A stretch of 63,726 nucleotides of DNA, filler included, from Octopus bimaculoides (Eukaryota), in NCBI RefSeq assembly GCF_001194135.2. It is 5 parts of 5 records of this genome, joined end to end, with 100 filler letters (N's around TTAATTAATTAA, not from the genome) between each part and the next. Parts side by side here need not be neighbours in the genome. Positions count along the whole stretch, not along the records: positions 62,411 to 63,726 come from NW_026434235.1; 4 more parts are not named here. One strand, given 5' to 3'. The translations under genes and the position numbers were made by a program. Numbering within the stretch: position 1 is the stretch's first letter; each line of letters opens with the position of its first letter. Positions 62,411 through 63,726 of the stretch are shown one piece after another. Under the pieces are notes generated by a model. It had not been told where the DNA came from and did not search any database. It was given only the letters and a program-made list of their open reading frames with translations.

Positions 62411-63726
62411 GTAAGGCAGTTGCAGGAGAAATACCTAGCCAAAGATAAACCTCTGTACCTAAATTTCGTTGACAGGGTCCCCTGATCCCTTATCTAGTGG
62501 TCATTGAGGAAACTAGGGATAAAAGAATGGTTAGTGATAGCTGTGCAAGCCATGTACAGAGACGCTGTCAGTAAGGTGAGGGTTGGCAACGAGTACAGTG
62601 AAGAATTCCGGGTAGAGGTAGGAGTCCACCAAGGTTCAGTCCTCAGCCCCCCTCCTATTTACAATAGTCCTCCAGAGGAATTAAAGACATGTTGCTCCTG
62701 GGAGCTCCTCTATTCTGATGACCTTGCACTAATTGCTGAGTCACTATCAGAACTAGAAGAGAAGTTTCAGGTGTAGAAACAAGGACTAGAATCGAAGGGC
62801 CATAGAGTCAACCTAGCTAAAACCAAAGTCCTGATAAGTAGGAAGGTTGATAAAACACAAACCCCTTCAGGTAGATGGCCCTGCTCACTATGTAGAAAAG
62901 GTGTAGGTAGAAACTCTATAAGATGTACCCAGTGCAAGCTATGGACACATAAGAGGTGCAGCAATATCAAAGGCAGGTTAACTAGGAAGTTAGTTTTTGT
63001 ATGTAGCAGATGTTCAGGTGCAATAAACACTGTAAACAAACAGGAAACAACTTCTGTCTCATTCCTAGGAAAAAAACTAGAGGTAGTTGAAAGCTTCCGC
63101 TATCTGGGTGTACCATGTTAGTAGTGGGGGTGGGTGCGCTGAAAGTGTAGCTGCTAGAATAAGAATAGCCTGGGCAAAGTTCAGAGAGCTCTTACCTCTG
63201 CTGGCGACAAAGGGACTCTCACTCAGAGTAAAAGGCAGACTGTATGACGCATGTGTATGAACAGCCATGCTACATGGCAGTGAAACATGGGCCGTGACTG
63301 CTGAGGACATGCGTAAGCTTGAAAGGAATGAAACCAGTATACTCCGATGGATGAGTAATGTCAGTGTGCATACCGGATAGAGCGTAAGTATCTTGAGAGA
63401 AAAGTTGAACATAAGAAACATCAGTTGTGGTGTGCAAGAGAGACGATTGCGCTGGTATGGACATGCGGCAAGAATGGACGATGATAGCTGTGTGAAAAAG
63501 TGCCACACCCTAACAGTTGAGGGAACCTGTGGAAGAGGTAGGCCCAGGAAGACCTGGGATGAGGCAGTGAGGCAAGACCTTCGAACATTGGGCCTCACCG
63601 AGGCGATGACTTCTGCCCAAGACCTTTGGAAATATGCTGTGCGTGAGACGACTCAGCAAGCCAAGTGAGACCTAATTCCAAAGCCTCTGCCAGGGGTGTA
63701 GCCAGCCCACTTATGCGTACCTTTCC
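62411..63726 (+). mobile_element. RTE-clade LINE 3' half (RT domain, PHD-finger insertion, C-terminus, start of 3' UTR), pseudogenised
   Basis: VRQLQEKYLAK..YL.FVD, GVHQGSVLSP, LLYSDDL, RVNLAKTKV, VESFRYLG, YGSETW, VQERRLRWYGHAARM, RGRPRKTW. Stop at 63666-63668, with internal stops and frameshifts. Confidence 0.93.

Overview
This is eukaryotic, AT-rich, microsatellite-saturated DNA with about 10% N gaps. The SINE families, the dense (TA)n/(CA)n/(TACA)n/(TAGA)n/(TAA)n tracts and the gap style suggest an octopod cephalopod, probably Octopus (inference, not verified by search). I could not support any intact host protein-coding gene. Almost all listed ORFs are artefacts of gaps or simple repeats, so the window looks intergenic or deep-intronic. 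It holds many mobile-element fossils: at least three tRNA-headed SINE families, RTE, CR1/L2, R4/Dong and L1/Tx1-like LINE relics, DD37D Tc1/mariner relics, a Tc1-type MITE, a Helitron Rep fragment and a foldback element. The most interesting signal is a short non-coding element present in 3 copies, built as tRNA-like head + (AAT)n + Penelope-type tail. Each copy carries a minimal type I hammerhead ribozyme fold, and two copies form a single head-to-head inverted insertion flanked by a 12-bp target-site duplication. Other highlights are a SINE/LINE shared 3' stem-loop with compensatory changes, self-nesting SINE arrays, an internally deleted bipartite RTE family, an RTE carrying an intact C4HC3 PHD finger, a perfect 21-bp hairpin and a TGCA-rich domain. 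All alignments and counts were done by eye, and element boundaries are approximate.
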